Below the pieces are notes generated by a model. That model had not been told where the DNA came from, did not search any database, and worked only from the letters and a program-made list of their open reading frames with translations. The position numbers were made by a program, and so were the translations under genes. Shown here piece by piece: positions 43,936-54,598 of a DNA stretch of 64,000 nt; position 1 is the stretch's first letter; each line of letters begins with the position of its first letter. The stretch is from positions 108,084 to 172,083 of the forward strand of contig JAUIIJ010000003.1 in assembly GCA_030431825.1 (NCBI GenBank), written 5' to 3'. Origin of the DNA: Alphaproteobacteria bacterium (lineage in GTDB: Bacteria > Pseudomonadota > Alphaproteobacteria > Rhodobacterales > Rhodobacteraceae).

Positions 43936-44838
43936 TCAGCGGTTGAAGGCGATGGGCACGGCAAAACTGTAGACGGGTTTTGACAACCCCCGGGGCGCGG
44001 CAGGAAATCTCCCGGCAGAGCGGACCGCGCGCAAGGCGGCCTCGTCGATATACGCATTGCCCGAGGAACTGATGATCGAGGCTCCCTGCAGCGTGCCGGC
44101 CGAACTGACCGAGATGCGTATCTTGACGCTCCCGGATGCGCCGCGCGCGGCGCGGGGGTAGGACTTGCGCCGTTCGATCCGCGAGCGGATTTGCGCGCCC
44201 CATTGCGACACGAGACTTTGACGCTGCCCCTTGCTCAGCGTCGCGGTGGACTGGCTGTTGGCAAGCCCGGCCTGCTGACCGCCCCCCTGTCCGGCGGCAA
44301 CCTGTGCCGCGCTCGCCGCTGACGACCTGCTTTTCTGGGGGGCTTGCTCGGTCTGGGTCTTGCGCGGTTGCTGCCTGGGGCGCTCTGGTCGGGATTGCGG
44401 CCGGATGTCGGCAATTTCAGGCTGCTCTGCCTCAGGCTCCGGGGTGTCCTGCAACGGTTCGGGCGGCTGAGGCGGCGGTGGTGGAACGGTTGCCTGCGCA
44501 TCCGGCAGGGTTTCCGGCCGAGGCAGGGCCAGCCCCGCGATCCGGGGCAGGGCCGGGGCGAGCGGCGCATCGGGGGTGGCCTGTTGCGGCACATCCGGCG
44601 TTTCGACTTGTGGCTGTGCCAGCTTTGGCGGCGTGCGTGGCGACGGGGTTTCCGGGGGTTTTTCCCAGGCCTCGACCATCTGCTCGATGCTGGCAGTCGA
44701 CGCCTGCAAAGACATCAGTGCCTCGCCACCCTCACCGGATGACGCGATCCCGGCCTCTGACGCCCGAAGAGTCAGAAGCGCCAGGTGCATCGCGGCGGCC
44801 AGCGCCACGAACGCCAGAATTTCCGCCAGACGTTTCAT
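43936..44838 (-). CDS. tonB: TonB family energy transducer
   Basis: N-terminal TM with His, Pro-rich linker, C-terminal YPRAA..SSGNAYIDEAALRAV. Confidence 0.85.
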   Translation of the reverse strand: MKRLAEILAFVALAAAMHLALLTLRASEAGIASSGEGGEALMSLQASTASIEQMVEAWEKPPETPSPRTPPKLAQPQVETPDVPQQATPDAPLAPALPRIAGLALPRPETLPDAQATVPPPPPQPPEPLQDTPEPEAEQPEIADIRPQSRPERPRQQPRKTQTEQAPQKSRSSAASAAQVAAGQGGGQQAGLANSQSTATLSKGQRQSLVSQWGAQIRSRIERRKSYPRAARGASGSVKIRISVSSAGTLQGASIISSSGNAYIDEAALRAVRSAGRFPAAPRGLSKPVYSFAVPIAFNR

Positions 44839-45254
44839 TGCTTGACCGTCACCAGCTGGACAACGCGAAATCCCGCAGCGCCCAGTTTCGGCATGAGAGC
44901 CGCCAGCCGTGCGGCATCCAGCTTTGCATCGGCGCGCAGGATCAGTGGCGGCGGCGCGTCTTCGGGGCAGGGTTCGGCGGCGCAATAGCTTTCGCGCGCA
45001 GCGGCCAGTGCCGCAAGCGCCTCGGCCTCGCCGATGATGTCGAGATAACCGATCTGCCCCTCTGCATCCATGTAGAGACGGAATTCACCCTCTGCGCTTT
45101 CGGTTTCGGCCATCACCGGCGGTTCGACATCAAACGGCTCGGGCGGGGCGATCTGGGCAGACATCAGGAAAAAGATCAGCAGCAGGAATACGACATTGAT
45201 CATCGGAACGATGCTCTCGGTCGGTTGCCTGCGTGGGGGAGAGGAGAATTGCAC
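44835..45254 (-). CDS. exbD: Biopolymer transporter ExbD
   Basis: SIVPMINVVFLLLIFF, ILRADA. Confidence 0.88.
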   Translation of the reverse strand: MQFSSPPRRQPTESIVPMINVVFLLLIFFLMSAQIAPPEPFDVEPPVMAETESAEGEFRLYMDAEGQIGYLDIIGEAEALAALAAARESYCAAEPCPEDAPPPLILRADAKLDAARLAALMPKLGAAGFRVVQLVTVKQ

Positions 45255-45258
45255 GGGA

Positions 45259-45642
45259 CTACTCGATCAGGACCAGCGCGGAATATCCGGCCGTCGACAA
45301 GGTTTCCATCACGGCGATGACCCGTTGCAGATCGGCGGCCTCGGCAGGGCGCAGGATGATGGTGTCATCCGGCTTTTCGGTCAGCGCGTCGATCTGTGCA
45401 AGCAAGGTCTCGGGCGACACGGTCACGCCGTTCAGCAACAGGGCATCGGGCTGGATGTCGATCAGTCTTGGCGGGCCGGAATAGCCTTCGCCGCTCGCGG
45501 AACCTGCAACGTTCAACGGGATATGCATGTCGATGCCAAAGCGCGAGGCCAGCATGAAAAACACCAGCAACAGAAAGACCACGTCGATCATCGGCGTCAG
45601 GCTGGGTTTGCGCCGGGGGCGGTCTTCGGCGAAATCGAACAT
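45259..45642 (-). CDS. exbD: Biopolymer transporter ExbD
   Basis: SLTPMIDVVFLLLVFFML. Confidence 0.88.
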   Translation of the reverse strand: MFDFAEDRPRRKPSLTPMIDVVFLLLVFFMLASRFGIDMHIPLNVAGSASGEGYSGPPRLIDIQPDALLLNGVTVSPETLLAQIDALTEKPDDTIILRPAEAADLQRVIAVMETLSTAGYSALVLIE

Positions 45643-46340
45643 TATTCGGCCGCGGCGCGGAGGGCCGGTTCGGGGGCGTGAATCGTCGGGCGCAGGAAAA
45701 TCCGGGTGGCGGCGTCTTCCATTTGCAGGCGCAGGCGATCGACGACACTTTCGAACCATGTCAGGGCCGCCGCGGCCGGGATCGCCACGGCCATACCCGC
45801 CGCCGTGGTCAGAAGCGCTTCCCAGATGCCGCCGGCAAGGGTGGCGGGATCGGCGCTGCTTCCGGCTTCCTGCAGGGCCTGAAACGCCGCGATCATGCCC
45901 ATCACCGTGCCGAGCAGCCCCAGAAGCGGTGCGATGGTTGCAATCAGTTCAAGCGGGCGCAGGCCGGAACGGGCACCGGCAATCAGGTTGCGGGCGACGC
46001 GGGCGGTTTCTTCGCGGGCGGCCTCGTCGTCCAGGGTCGGATCGTGTCGCGCGGTCATCGCGGCGCGGGCCAGAACGGCGCGGCAGGTGCGGCGATTGCG
46101 CAGCAGGTCGAGCGCGGCGTCTTCGTCGCCCTCCGACCACAGGGCCACGGCGCGCTTGGCGCGGGCGCCACCGGACCACGCCCCAAGAATGGCCAGCCGC
46201 CAGATCTTCCAGAGGATCAGCGCGAGGGCCGCGACGCTGAGCGCGGAGATCGCCCAGATGGCGGGGCCGCCGAGCAGGATGAACTCGTAGAGCCGGTTCA
46301 ATGCCTCGGTGCCGAGAACCGTCGATCCGTAAAATTCCAT
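45642..46340 (-). CDS. exbB: MotA/TolQ/ExbB proton channel protein
   Basis: IAPLLGLLGTV.GMI, LAGGIWEALLTTAAG. Confidence 0.9.
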   Translation of the reverse strand: MEFYGSTVLGTEALNRLYEFILLGGPAIWAISALSVAALALILWKIWRLAILGAWSGGARAKRAVALWSEGDEDAALDLLRNRRTCRAVLARAAMTARHDPTLDDEAAREETARVARNLIAGARSGLRPLELIATIAPLLGLLGTVMGMIAAFQALQEAGSSADPATLAGGIWEALLTTAAGMAVAIPAAAALTWFESVVDRLRLQMEDAATRIFLRPTIHAPEPALRAAAE

Positions 46341-46391
46341 ACCGCGTCTCTTTCAGGCCTGTTCGATGAAACATCTCTGTCGCTATTTATA

Positions 46392-46431
46392 CAGAGTGTT
46401 TTTGTCAACATTTATCCAGAGTATTTTTGTC
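46392..46431 (-). promoter_or_regulatory. Two tandem candidate iron-regulator (Iron-Rhodo/IscR-type) boxes upstream of exbB
   Basis: Direct repeat CAGAGT(G/A)TTTTTGTC at 46392 and 46417 (14/15); on the minus strand TTGACAAAAACACTCTG overlaps a TTGACA -35. Confidence 0.5.
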
Positions 46432-46591
46432 GTGTTAAGGTCCATTGCGCGCGGCCGCCGGACGGATCCTGCGCGGTGATATGCGGATCAATGGAAATCC
46501 CGACTGGGAAACAGGTGTGAAAGGCAGCAGCAGACGTGTATTCAAAATACTCTCGGTGTCCGGCGATAGAAACCGTCGTTGACCCGGATAT

Positions 46592-47209
46592 CTAACGATC
46601 CGGATCGATCAGCCCAAGCCCGCGCAGGTAGATTCCGATCCCGGTTTCCAGAAGTTCCTCGGGGGGAAAGGGCGAGCGGTTGCCCGGCGTGGCCCGCGCA
46701 TAGAGTTCGACGACGCCGTGACTGAGTGCCCAGATATGCGCGCTGAACATCGATGCGGGCGGGCGCTTGTGGGGCGGGATATGTTCGGAGAGATCCTCTG
46801 CCGCCCGTTCCAGCACGTCATGCGCCCGGGCCGAGGCGGCGGCGAGCTCGGGCGTACGATTCACCGAAATCCCGCTTTCGAACATCGCGATATAATGTCC
46901 GGGATGTTTGCGCGCAAAGGCCAGATAGGCGCGGCCCGTCGCCTCGAACGCCGCCAGCGCCGAAGGTTGACCCGAGTCATAGGCATATTGCATGAGATCG
47001 GCGAACATCTCGAACCCCTGCCGCGCCGCTTCGGCGATCAGGTCTTCGCGGCCGGCAAAGTGTCGATACACCGCCGCCGGTGTCACGCCTGCCTGCTTGG
47101 CCGCCTCCGACAGGGTAAAGCCGGTCGGTCCTTTCACCTCGATCAACTCGAGCGCAGCGTCGATCAACGCCTGCCGCAGGTTGCCGTGATGATAACCGCG
47201 TTTAGACAT
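46592..47209 (-). CDS. TetR/AcrR family transcriptional regulator
   Basis: [39 protein letters not shown]. Confidence 0.92.
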   Translation of the reverse strand: MSKRGYHHGNLRQALIDAALELIEVKGPTGFTLSEAAKQAGVTPAAVYRHFAGREDLIAEAARQGFEMFADLMQYAYDSGQPSALAAFEATGRAYLAFARKHPGHYIAMFESGISVNRTPELAAASARAHDVLERAAEDLSEHIPPHKRPPASMFSAHIWALSHGVVELYARATPGNRSPFPPEELLETGIGIYLRGLGLIDPDR

Positions 47210-48071
47210 CCCAGATGTCCGGTCCACCGCAGACCTTGTCGTCAATATGTCCGAGGGCCTTTGCGCTCTTGCGGTCGTAGTCCATGTGACCCAACACCAC
47301 ACGGATGGCATTCAGCCGGGCGCGCCGCTTGTCGTCGGACCGGATGATGGTCCAGGGCGCGGCCTTGCTGTGCGTACGCTCCAGCGTTTCGCGGATCGCG
47401 TCGGAATATTCGTCCCATTTCCGCAGCCCCTCGACATCGATCGCGCTCAGCTTCCATTGCTTCAGCGGGTCCGATTCCCGTGACAGAAAGCGACGCAGCT
47501 GCTCGGCGCGGCCGACATTGATCCAGAACTTGAAGAGAAGAATGCCATCTCCCACCAGCGATTGCTCGAACGGCGCGACCTGGCGGAAAAACCGCTCGCG
47601 TTCCTCTTCCGTGCAAAAGCCGTGCACCTTTTCGACGACCGCCCGGTTGTACCAGCTCCGGTCAAAGAACGTGATCTCGCCGGCCGAGGGCAGGTGGTCG
47701 ATATAGCGCTGGAAATACCACTGGGTCTGTTCGGCATCCGACGGTTTCGGCAGCGCGATCACCTTGGCGCCGCGCGGGTTCAGATATTCGCGGAATCGCT
47801 TGATCGTGCCGCCTTTGCCCGAGGCGTCGCGGCCTTCGAACACGATCACGATCCGCTGGCCGCTCGACTTGACCCACGCCTGCATTTTCACCAGTTCGAT
47901 CTGTAGCGCGCGCAGTTCCTTTTCATAGACCTTCCGTGCCAGCCGCTCGCTATGCGGATAGGTCGGTGACAGGATATCGCCCTTTTCCGCGCGCCGAATC
48001 GCGTTTCTGACGTCTTCGGGCGCATCGTTCTTGAAATAGGCACTGATCGCGCCGTCAAACGGGAGTTCCAT
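47202..48071 (-). CDS. ppk2: Polyphosphate kinase 2
   Basis: [35 protein letters not shown]. Confidence 0.95.
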   Translation of the reverse strand: MELPFDGAISAYFKNDAPEDVRNAIRRAEKGDILSPTYPHSERLARKVYEKELRALQIELVKMQAWVKSSGQRIVIVFEGRDASGKGGTIKRFREYLNPRGAKVIALPKPSDAEQTQWYFQRYIDHLPSAGEITFFDRSWYNRAVVEKVHGFCTEEERERFFRQVAPFEQSLVGDGILLFKFWINVGRAEQLRRFLSRESDPLKQWKLSAIDVEGLRKWDEYSDAIRETLERTHSKAAPWTIIRSDDKRRARLNAIRVVLGHMDYDRKSAKALGHIDDKVCGGPDIWDV

Positions 48072-48120
48072 CGACCTGTCCTTTTGTCTGTCTTTTCAGC
48101 AATATGGGATGTTAACAGGT

Positions 48121-49089
48121 TTAACGCAAACCCGCACGTGACGCGGCACGGTCGATTGCGGCAACGATCTCGTCCTCCGAGGTGTGATGCGGCATATGGC
48201 CGATCCCTTCCAGTCGCGTCAGGACCGCACCCGGGATCTGATCGACCAGCTTTTCGGAATGGATCGACAGGCCGACGGTCTCATCCGCGGTGCCGTGGAC
48301 GATCTCGGTCGGTACGGAGATCCGGCCATAGTCATCGACCTGTGCCTTGATCTCGCCCAGCAGATTGGCGCGCTGGTCGGCATTGGCGCGCATCGAGACG
48401 CGCCGCAGGGTCAGGGCGGCGCCGACCTCTTCGGCATAGCCGTCGGGCGGGCTTTGCGGCGCAAAGATCGAACGGATGGTGCGCTCGATACGCTCTTCGC
48501 TGACCAGCGCGGTAATCAGCGGCACGACGATGCGGCTGCCCCAGTCGGAGGAGGTCACGCGATAGAGCGGGTCGAGCGGAATGGTCCACGGGTTGGAAGG
48601 TGCCGAGATCGGGACCAGCGCCGCGAGATCCTCCGGATAATGGACCGCCCAGGCCAACGCCACCGCGCCGCCATAGCTGTGCCCCACGACGATGGGCTTG
48701 CTGGCGCCAAGCTGTTCGGCGGCTTGCCGCAACAACGTCGCCTGCTGGCGCAGACTGGCCCCGGTCGTGTTCAGCCGATCCGTATAGCCCAGACCCGGAC
48801 GGTCGATGACGTAGACGCGGTAATTCTCGGCCAGCCGGGGGGCGAGGGAAAAGGTCATGTCGCGCGTGCTGCCGCTGGCGCCGTGGATCAGAACGAGATC
48901 GGGGCCGCGCCCCATCACCACCGCATGCACATCGATGCCACCGACGCGCAGGAACTGACCCTGCGGCGGGAAACGCTGTTCCGCCGCGGCTTCGCGTTCC
49001 TCGGCGCGCATCAGCAAGAGGACCCAGCCGAGGGTCAGTGCGACCAGTGCCACGATGAACAGAGCGAGTGCCTTGAGCGACATAGCCAT
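48121..49089 (-). CDS. Alpha/beta fold hydrolase with N-terminal TM
   Basis: LIHGAS, DRPGLGY, GHSYGG, HGTAD, GHMPH. Confidence 0.88.
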   Translation of the reverse strand: MAMSLKALALFIVALVALTLGWVLLLMRAEEREAAAEQRFPPQGQFLRVGGIDVHAVVMGRGPDLVLIHGASGSTRDMTFSLAPRLAENYRVYVIDRPGLGYTDRLNTTGASLRQQATLLRQAAEQLGASKPIVVGHSYGGAVALAWAVHYPEDLAALVPISAPSNPWTIPLDPLYRVTSSDWGSRIVVPLITALVSEERIERTIRSIFAPQSPPDGYAEEVGAALTLRRVSMRANADQRANLLGEIKAQVDDYGRISVPTEIVHGTADETVGLSIHSEKLVDQIPGAVLTRLEGIGHMPHHTSEDEIVAAIDRAASRAGLR

Positions 49090-49091
49090 GA

Positions 49092-50030
49092 TCAAGCGCG
49101 CAGGTCAGTCGTTTCCAGCCCGATCTTCGCGATGTCAAAAGGCGTGGTCTCGTAAACCTCGTTGATCCAGTTGCCATAGAGCAGATGCGCGTGGCTGCGC
49201 CAGCGGTTCTGCGGCGCCTTGGCCGGGTCGTCGCCGGGATAATAGTTGATCGGCACGTTGATCGCGACGCCTTCTGCGACGTCGCGGTCATATTCCTGTT
49301 TCAGGGTATCGCTGTCATATTCGAAATGGTTGAAGATATAGAGCGCGCGATGCGCCCGGTCCTCGACCAGGCAGGGGCCGACCTCGTCGCTGCCCAGCAA
49401 GGTGCGCAGGCCATCGGCGGCGTTGATTTCGTCCTGGCGCATCTCGGTCCAGCGCGAGACGGGGATCACGCAGATATCGGAAAACCCGCGCAGGTAAGGC
49501 GAGGTGGGCGCGAGATTGTTGTGCCCGAAACAACCGAATGCCTTGCGATCCAGCATGTGTTTCCTGACGCCGTGAAAATGATTCACCATCGCCATGCCGC
49601 CCCAGCAGACACCCAGCGTGGAGTGAACATTGGTCTGGGTCCACTCGAAGACCCTGGTGATCTCGTCCCAATAGGTGACCTGATCGAAATCCAGATGCTC
49701 GATCGGCGCGCCGGTGATGATGAGCCCGTCGAATTTCGTATCCTGCAGATCCGAAAAGGGGCGATAGAAGCTCTCCATGTGATCGGCGGCGGTGTTCTTG
49801 GCCTGATGTTCGGACATGCGGATCAGGGTGAGTTCGATCTGAAGCGGCGTCGCCCCGATGAGCCGGGCAAACTGGGTTTCGGTCTGGATCTTCTTGGGCA
49901 TCAGGTTCAGCAGACCGATATGCAGAGGGCGGATGTCCTGCCGTGCGGCCTGATCCTCGGCCATGACCATGACGCCTTCCCGGGTCAACACCTGGTAGGC
50001 GGGCAGGTCGGCGGGGATCTTGATGGGCAT
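49092..50030 (-). CDS. metA: Homoserine O-acyltransferase MetA
   Basis: [36 protein letters not shown]. Confidence 0.95.
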   Translation of the reverse strand: MPIKIPADLPAYQVLTREGVMVMAEDQAARQDIRPLHIGLLNLMPKKIQTETQFARLIGATPLQIELTLIRMSEHQAKNTAADHMESFYRPFSDLQDTKFDGLIITGAPIEHLDFDQVTYWDEITRVFEWTQTNVHSTLGVCWGGMAMVNHFHGVRKHMLDRKAFGCFGHNNLAPTSPYLRGFSDICVIPVSRWTEMRQDEINAADGLRTLLGSDEVGPCLVEDRAHRALYIFNHFEYDSDTLKQEYDRDVAEGVAINVPINYYPGDDPAKAPQNRWRSHAHLLYGNWINEVYETTPFDIAKIGLETTDLRA

Positions 50031-50184
50031 GTCGGAGTTCCTCTTGCTCGAGAGCGGTAGATAGCCCCGCCAGCGCGCGCTGCCAAGAGGGCGGGGCCGC
50101 ACAATATGGTGTTGTATGTCGTTGGGATTGCGCTAACTCGGTGTGATGTGACCTGGAGACATCTGATAACCGATCGGAGGACCG

Positions 50185-50772
50185 ATGCTGAGATTTGCAG
50201 CTGTTTTTTGCCTGGCAGCGACCGGCGCGCTTGCGCAGGAGGATGATCCGATGGCGCTTCAAAGATGTGTCTGGCGATGCCTGGCGGATTCCCCCGGCGC
50301 CGCGAGCGCCGAGTATAACGAATGTGTCGCCCGCTTGTGCACGGAAGACGGCGCACCGTCCGGCGCCGGAGCGACATCTTCCTCGCCCGCGGCGATCTCC
50401 GGGACATGGCGTGGCGGCATCGCCGCCGATGGGCGCACCGTCTTCGCCGGTGTAGACAGCCCCGCCGGGGATGGTTCGGGCCTGTTTTACATGTGCGACA
50501 CGGCGGGGCAGAGCTATCTCATGCTCTACGCGGCGGATGCGCCGCCGGGCGCTTTCCACCTGGAGGTGGCGGGGCAGCGATATACCCTGAATTTCGACAT
50601 GGCGCGCCAGCAATTGACCAGCAATGTTGCACCACGGCAGGGCGTGTTGTCTGCGCTGGCCAGCGGATCATCGGTTTCGGTCGTCAACCCGCTTGGCGAC
50701 CGGATGTTCCAGGTCGGCCTGGGCAATTCCCGTTCGACACTGGAGCAGGCCTATTCCGCCTGTGGCAGCTAA
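50185..50772 (+). CDS. Hypothetical secreted protein with Cys-rich N-terminal domain
   Basis: GGAGG RBS, signal peptide ALA-Q, CVWRC...ECVARLC. Confidence 0.65.
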   Translation: MLRFAAVFCLAATGALAQEDDPMALQRCVWRCLADSPGAASAEYNECVARLCTEDGAPSGAGATSSSPAAISGTWRGGIAADGRTVFAGVDSPAGDGSGLFYMCDTAGQSYLMLYAADAPPGAFHLEVAGQRYTLNFDMARQQLTSNVAPRQGVLSALASGSSVSVVNPLGDRMFQVGLGNSRSTLEQAYSACGS

Positions 50773-50789
50773 GGCGTTTGCGGGCAGGA

Positions 50790-51665
50790 TCAGGCCGCGC
50801 TCACGCTGTTGCGGTGTTCGATCGCCGTGGCGATGAGATCGTCGAAATCGCCGGCGTCGCGCAGGCCCGCGATCTGATCCGCGCTGACCGTGATGCCCCA
50901 TCTTGCCATCGCCTCGTAACGGGGCTGACGATGCGCGAGCGCCTGTGCATAGGTCCAGCGCACAAAGGCATCCGGATCAACATCGCCCTCTTCTACATTG
51001 TTTTCGCGCAGATAATTTTCCCACACCCGCGTCAGGAATTCGGGCTGGTACGACATCGGCTTGGGCGCCTTGTCAAAGCGGCGGATCAATTCCTGCATGT
51101 GAGCGTCGTCGCCCTTGATCCAGACCATCAATGTGTGCCGGGCAAGTTCGGACAGGATCGGGTCGTCGGGATCCGCCGGGTCGACCCATTCGCAGATCGA
51201 GCCACCGGTATCGCAGATGAAGTTGCAATAGCCATAGAGCCGTCGTGCACGGTCGATGAAATACTCGGTGTCCAGCAGCGCATGAATCTCGGCCTGCCGG
51301 AACTGTTCCTGACGGCGGCGGTACTCCTCCATGCTCAGCCCGCCCCGGTCCACATTGCCCGGCTTGCCCAGATAGGCCGATACCGGGGTCAGGTTGGCAA
51401 AGCTGATATTCGATCCGATATAGATCGAATCCGACAACAGCAGTTCGCGCAGGAACGGCACCTTCATCGCTTCGGCCTTGGCGTTGTCGGCGATGTACTC
51501 GCCCATGTAGCGTGTGCCGATGCGATAATCGATGCTGTAGTGGAACCAGCCACCGGCATCGCGCAGCATCTGGCTCGCGTGGGTCTTGCCAAGGCCGGAC
51601 ATGCCAAAGAAAAGTATGCGTTTGGAGGGCGCGGCGCGCCAGTCCTGTGCCGATTGGTAGATCAT
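50790..51665 (-). CDS. P-loop ATPase, conserved hypothetical
   Basis: GMSGLGKT Walker A; DTGGSICE. Confidence 0.8.
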   Translation of the reverse strand: MIYQSAQDWRAAPSKRILFFGMSGLGKTHASQMLRDAGGWFHYSIDYRIGTRYMGEYIADNAKAEAMKVPFLRELLLSDSIYIGSNISFANLTPVSAYLGKPGNVDRGGLSMEEYRRRQEQFRQAEIHALLDTEYFIDRARRLYGYCNFICDTGGSICEWVDPADPDDPILSELARHTLMVWIKGDDAHMQELIRRFDKAPKPMSYQPEFLTRVWENYLRENNVEEGDVDPDAFVRWTYAQALAHRQPRYEAMARWGITVSADQIAGLRDAGDFDDLIATAIEHRNSVSAA

Positions 51666-51711
51666 CAAACCCGTTCCCTTTTTGCCTAGCTACTCAGCCG
51701 GGCGGGCGGGG

Positions 51712-52614
51712 TCAATTGCGCGGTTTTCCGATCTTTCCGTTCAGGATCAGCAAGCCGAGAGCCAGCAAAGCGAACCCGGCAAAGGCGCGGGGATGAAGCT
51801 CTTCCGCACGCATCCATGCGCCAAGGACGATGGCAACCGGCGGGATCAGCAACGTGACCAGCATGAGATTGCCGCTCCCGGCCATGTGCAGCACCCGGTA
51901 GTAGAGCAGGTAGGCACCGGCGGTGGCGATCAGCGCGAAATAGCCGATTGCAGCCCATGTAACCGGTTGAAGATCAAGGGCGACAGGGCCGTCCACGACG
52001 AGGGCCGCGGGAAGCATGATCACTGTCGAGCCGGTCAGCATCCCGGCGGCGGCCACCTGTGGCGGCAGATGTCCCAGACGTGCGCGGGCCCACGCGCCGG
52101 CAAACGCATAGCTGACCGTTCCGGCGAGCACGGCAAGCTGCGCCGTGCTGCGCAGATCGAAATTGGCAAGGTTGCTTGCGCCGATGGCGGTCGCGACCCC
52201 GGCAAAGCCGATCCCGACACCGGCCGCTTTGCGCAGGGTCAGCCGTTCGTCGGCAAACACGATCGCGGCGACAAGCACACCGAAAATCGCGGTGGCGGCG
52301 TTCAGGATCGAAGTGAGACCGCTTTCGATATGCAATTGGCCCCAGCTCATCAAGCCGAAGGGAATGATGTTGTTCAACAGGCCCATGACAAGGAATGCGC
52401 CCCAGACGCGCGGGTCGCAGGGGATCGGCAACCGTGTCGCGATCACGACAATCCAAAGGGCGATCATGGCCCATCCGGTGCGATGCAAAACCGTTGTCGT
52501 CACCGGAATTTCATCAAGCGCGACACGGATCGACAGGAAGGAGCCGCCCCAGATCAGGCCAAGCAAAAGCAGTTCGCCCCAGGCGCGCGGGGATAGCGTT
52601 TTCTGTTCACTCAT
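51712..52614 (-). CDS. DMT/EamA family transporter
   Basis: LIWGGSF, SGLTSILNA, multiple TMs. Confidence 0.88.
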   Translation of the reverse strand: MSEQKTLSPRAWGELLLLGLIWGGSFLSIRVALDEIPVTTTVLHRTGWAMIALWIVVIATRLPIPCDPRVWGAFLVMGLLNNIIPFGLMSWGQLHIESGLTSILNAATAIFGVLVAAIVFADERLTLRKAAGVGIGFAGVATAIGASNLANFDLRSTAQLAVLAGTVSYAFAGAWARARLGHLPPQVAAAGMLTGSTVIMLPAALVVDGPVALDLQPVTWAAIGYFALIATAGAYLLYYRVLHMAGSGNLMLVTLLIPPVAIVLGAWMRAEELHPRAFAGFALLALGLLILNGKIGKPRN

Positions 52615-52620
52615 GCCGCC

Positions 52621-53532
52621 TTATGTCGGGCGTTGACCGTCCATTGCGACCCGGATCTTGCGGGTTTCCGACAGGATGTTCAGGTAATTGGCGACAAAGA
52701 TCACCGCCGCGCCGACGAACACCCAGACATCCAGCGCTTCGTTATACAGCAGCATGCCGATCACCGCGATGGTCGGCAGCCGGGCAAAGTCGATCGGCAT
52801 GACCACGGTCGCGGGTGCGATGGCCAGTGCGTTGGTGATGCAGAAATGGGCGAGCAGCCCGCCGAGGGCGATCACGACCAGCCACGGCGCGGTCTGCAGG
52901 TCCGGAAGCGCCACGTCCCCGTCGAACCCCGCTGTCAGCAGACCAAAGCCCAACTGCATCACGGTCAGCCAGAACATGATGCAACCGACGCTTTCGGTGC
53001 GGGTCAGCCGCTTGGTGAACATGCCGGTAAATGCAAAGAAAATCGCTGCGGACGCGGCCGCGAGAATGCCGACATTGACACTGTCCGGACTGGGCCGGGC
53101 GACAATCAGGATACCGACAAAGCCGAGCGCCGCCGCAAAGGCCCGCATCGGAGTCAGGCGTTCGCCCAGCACCAGCGGAGACAGGATGATGATCCAGAGC
53201 GGCGACGTGAATTCGAGGGCAAAGACCTGCGCCAAAGGGATCAGGGTGATCGCATAGAACCACAGGTTCTGGCCGCTGAAATGCACCAGATTGCGCAGGA
53301 AATGCAGTCCGAACCGTTGTGTCGATACCTGATGCAACCTGCCGGTCAGGCTCAGAACCGCGACCACGATCACCACGCCGATGGCACTCCGGTACATCAT
53401 GATTTCAAAGGTATCGAGCGCAAAACTGACTTCGCGACCGGCCACGGCCATCGACGAGAACGAGGCAATGGCCCCGGTCATCCAGAGAGCGGCGCGCAGA
53501 GTCGGTGACAGTTTTGCGGATTCTTGCGACAC
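52621..53532 (-). CDS. DMT/EamA family transporter
   Basis: LEFTSPLW, LGERLT, PIDFARLP; start uncertain (GTG 53532 chosen). Confidence 0.85.
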   Translation of the reverse strand: MSQESAKLSPTLRAALWMTGAIASFSSMAVAGREVSFALDTFEIMMYRSAIGVVIVVAVLSLTGRLHQVSTQRFGLHFLRNLVHFSGQNLWFYAITLIPLAQVFALEFTSPLWIIILSPLVLGERLTPMRAFAAALGFVGILIVARPSPDSVNVGILAAASAAIFFAFTGMFTKRLTRTESVGCIMFWLTVMQLGFGLLTAGFDGDVALPDLQTAPWLVVIALGGLLAHFCITNALAIAPATVVMPIDFARLPTIAVIGMLLYNEALDVWVFVGAAVIFVANYLNILSETRKIRVAMDGQRPT

Positions 53533-53557
53533 AAATTTGCTCGTTGGCTCGGAGCGA

Positions 53558-54598
53558 TCAAAGATCGGTAGCTGGATACGCCCACCAGGGGGCCATGCCA
53601 ATTTCTCTTTGTGGAGATTGAGGCGGCCCTGTTTCAGCGATCACGTCTGTTGGTAAGTCTATCATCAAATCAATCTGATCAGGTGTGGCTCGCCATTCTC
53701 CTCTTCTAGGGTAATCGCCGGACGTGTCTTGCCACATTGTTGTTTCTGACAACGAAGTAAATTGAGCGTATGAACGGCCAGCCCTACCGAAGGAATAAAC
53801 AGTTTCCGCAGAGTCACTGAGGAGGCAAATTCCGACACCGAATGTCCCATATCCGAAAACCAAGTTACGCGCGGACATTAATACATCAAAGTCTTCGCGC
53901 AAGTTGCCGTTTTGGAGAAGTACCGGAATTTGGAGTTCTGACAGATGTTGTTGTAGTGCTGCGACGCAAGGGTTTCTGGTGTCTTGAAAAACCAATCGAA
54001 CGCGATCTATGCCCAATCTTGATCGTGCGCGTTCGATAGCCAGCTTGTAGAACGCAAATGGGGGAGGGGCGTAATCGCGATGCGGATTCTCTTCAAAAAT
54101 ATCACCAGACCGAATATGTATCGTTAGACATCCTGGTTCTTCAGCCTGCGGCGATACGAGATTGGTGGCTGGCATCAGGTACTTCTTGAGCACTGTTCTG
54201 CGATCGGGCATTCTAGCCCCCAGGCGCTCCAGACGTGCTTGTTGAAAGTAGCAGCTACTCAGAAAAACGCCGAGTTTTCTGGTGTCATAATCGTGGGGCA
54301 GAACGGTGAGTTCTCCGCACGAAGCAGGGGAATCGACCGCAAATAGTTCATTTTTCGGTAACCTGATGTATTCAAGACCCAGACTTCTCGCCAAAAGCAT
54401 AGCGTTGCTGATCTGAAGCAGGTTGTTGCCCATCTTGCCATAGGCGTCGACTGACAAGCCAACCAAGTTCGATTGGCCACCGGTTGCGCTGGTTTGGATG
54501 ACGTATGCGCCTGATGAGGGTGAAGATATCGGGCGCGCGCGTTCGGAGCGCAGGCGTGTTCGAACCCACGTGGCAAAGGTCGATCGACCAGCTTTCAT
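53558..54598 (-). CDS. Putative GT11-like (alpha-1,2-fucosyltransferase-like) glycosyltransferase, AT-richer than its flanks
   Basis: [19 protein letters not shown]...GTF motifs; ATGA overlap with the guaA stop. Confidence 0.6.
   Translation of the reverse strand: MKAGRSTFATWVRTRLRSERARPISSPSSGAYVIQTSATGGQSNLVGLSVDAYGKMGNNLLQISNAMLLARSLGLEYIRLPKNELFAVDSPASCGELTVLPHDYDTRKLGVFLSSCYFQQARLERLGARMPDRRTVLKKYLMPATNLVSPQAEEPGCLTIHIRSGDIFEENPHRDYAPPPFAFYKLAIERARSRLGIDRVRLVFQDTRNPCVAALQQHLSELQIPVLLQNGNLREDFDVLMSARNLVFGYGTFGVGICLLSDSAETVYSFGRAGRSYAQFTSLSETTMWQDTSGDYPRRGEWRATPDQIDLMIDLPTDVIAETGPPQSPQREIGMAPWWAYPATDL

Noticed and set aside
50031-50184. SAM riboswitch upstream of metA
   Set aside because: No recognisable SAM-II/SAM-alpha conserved core by eye; an Rfam scan would settle it
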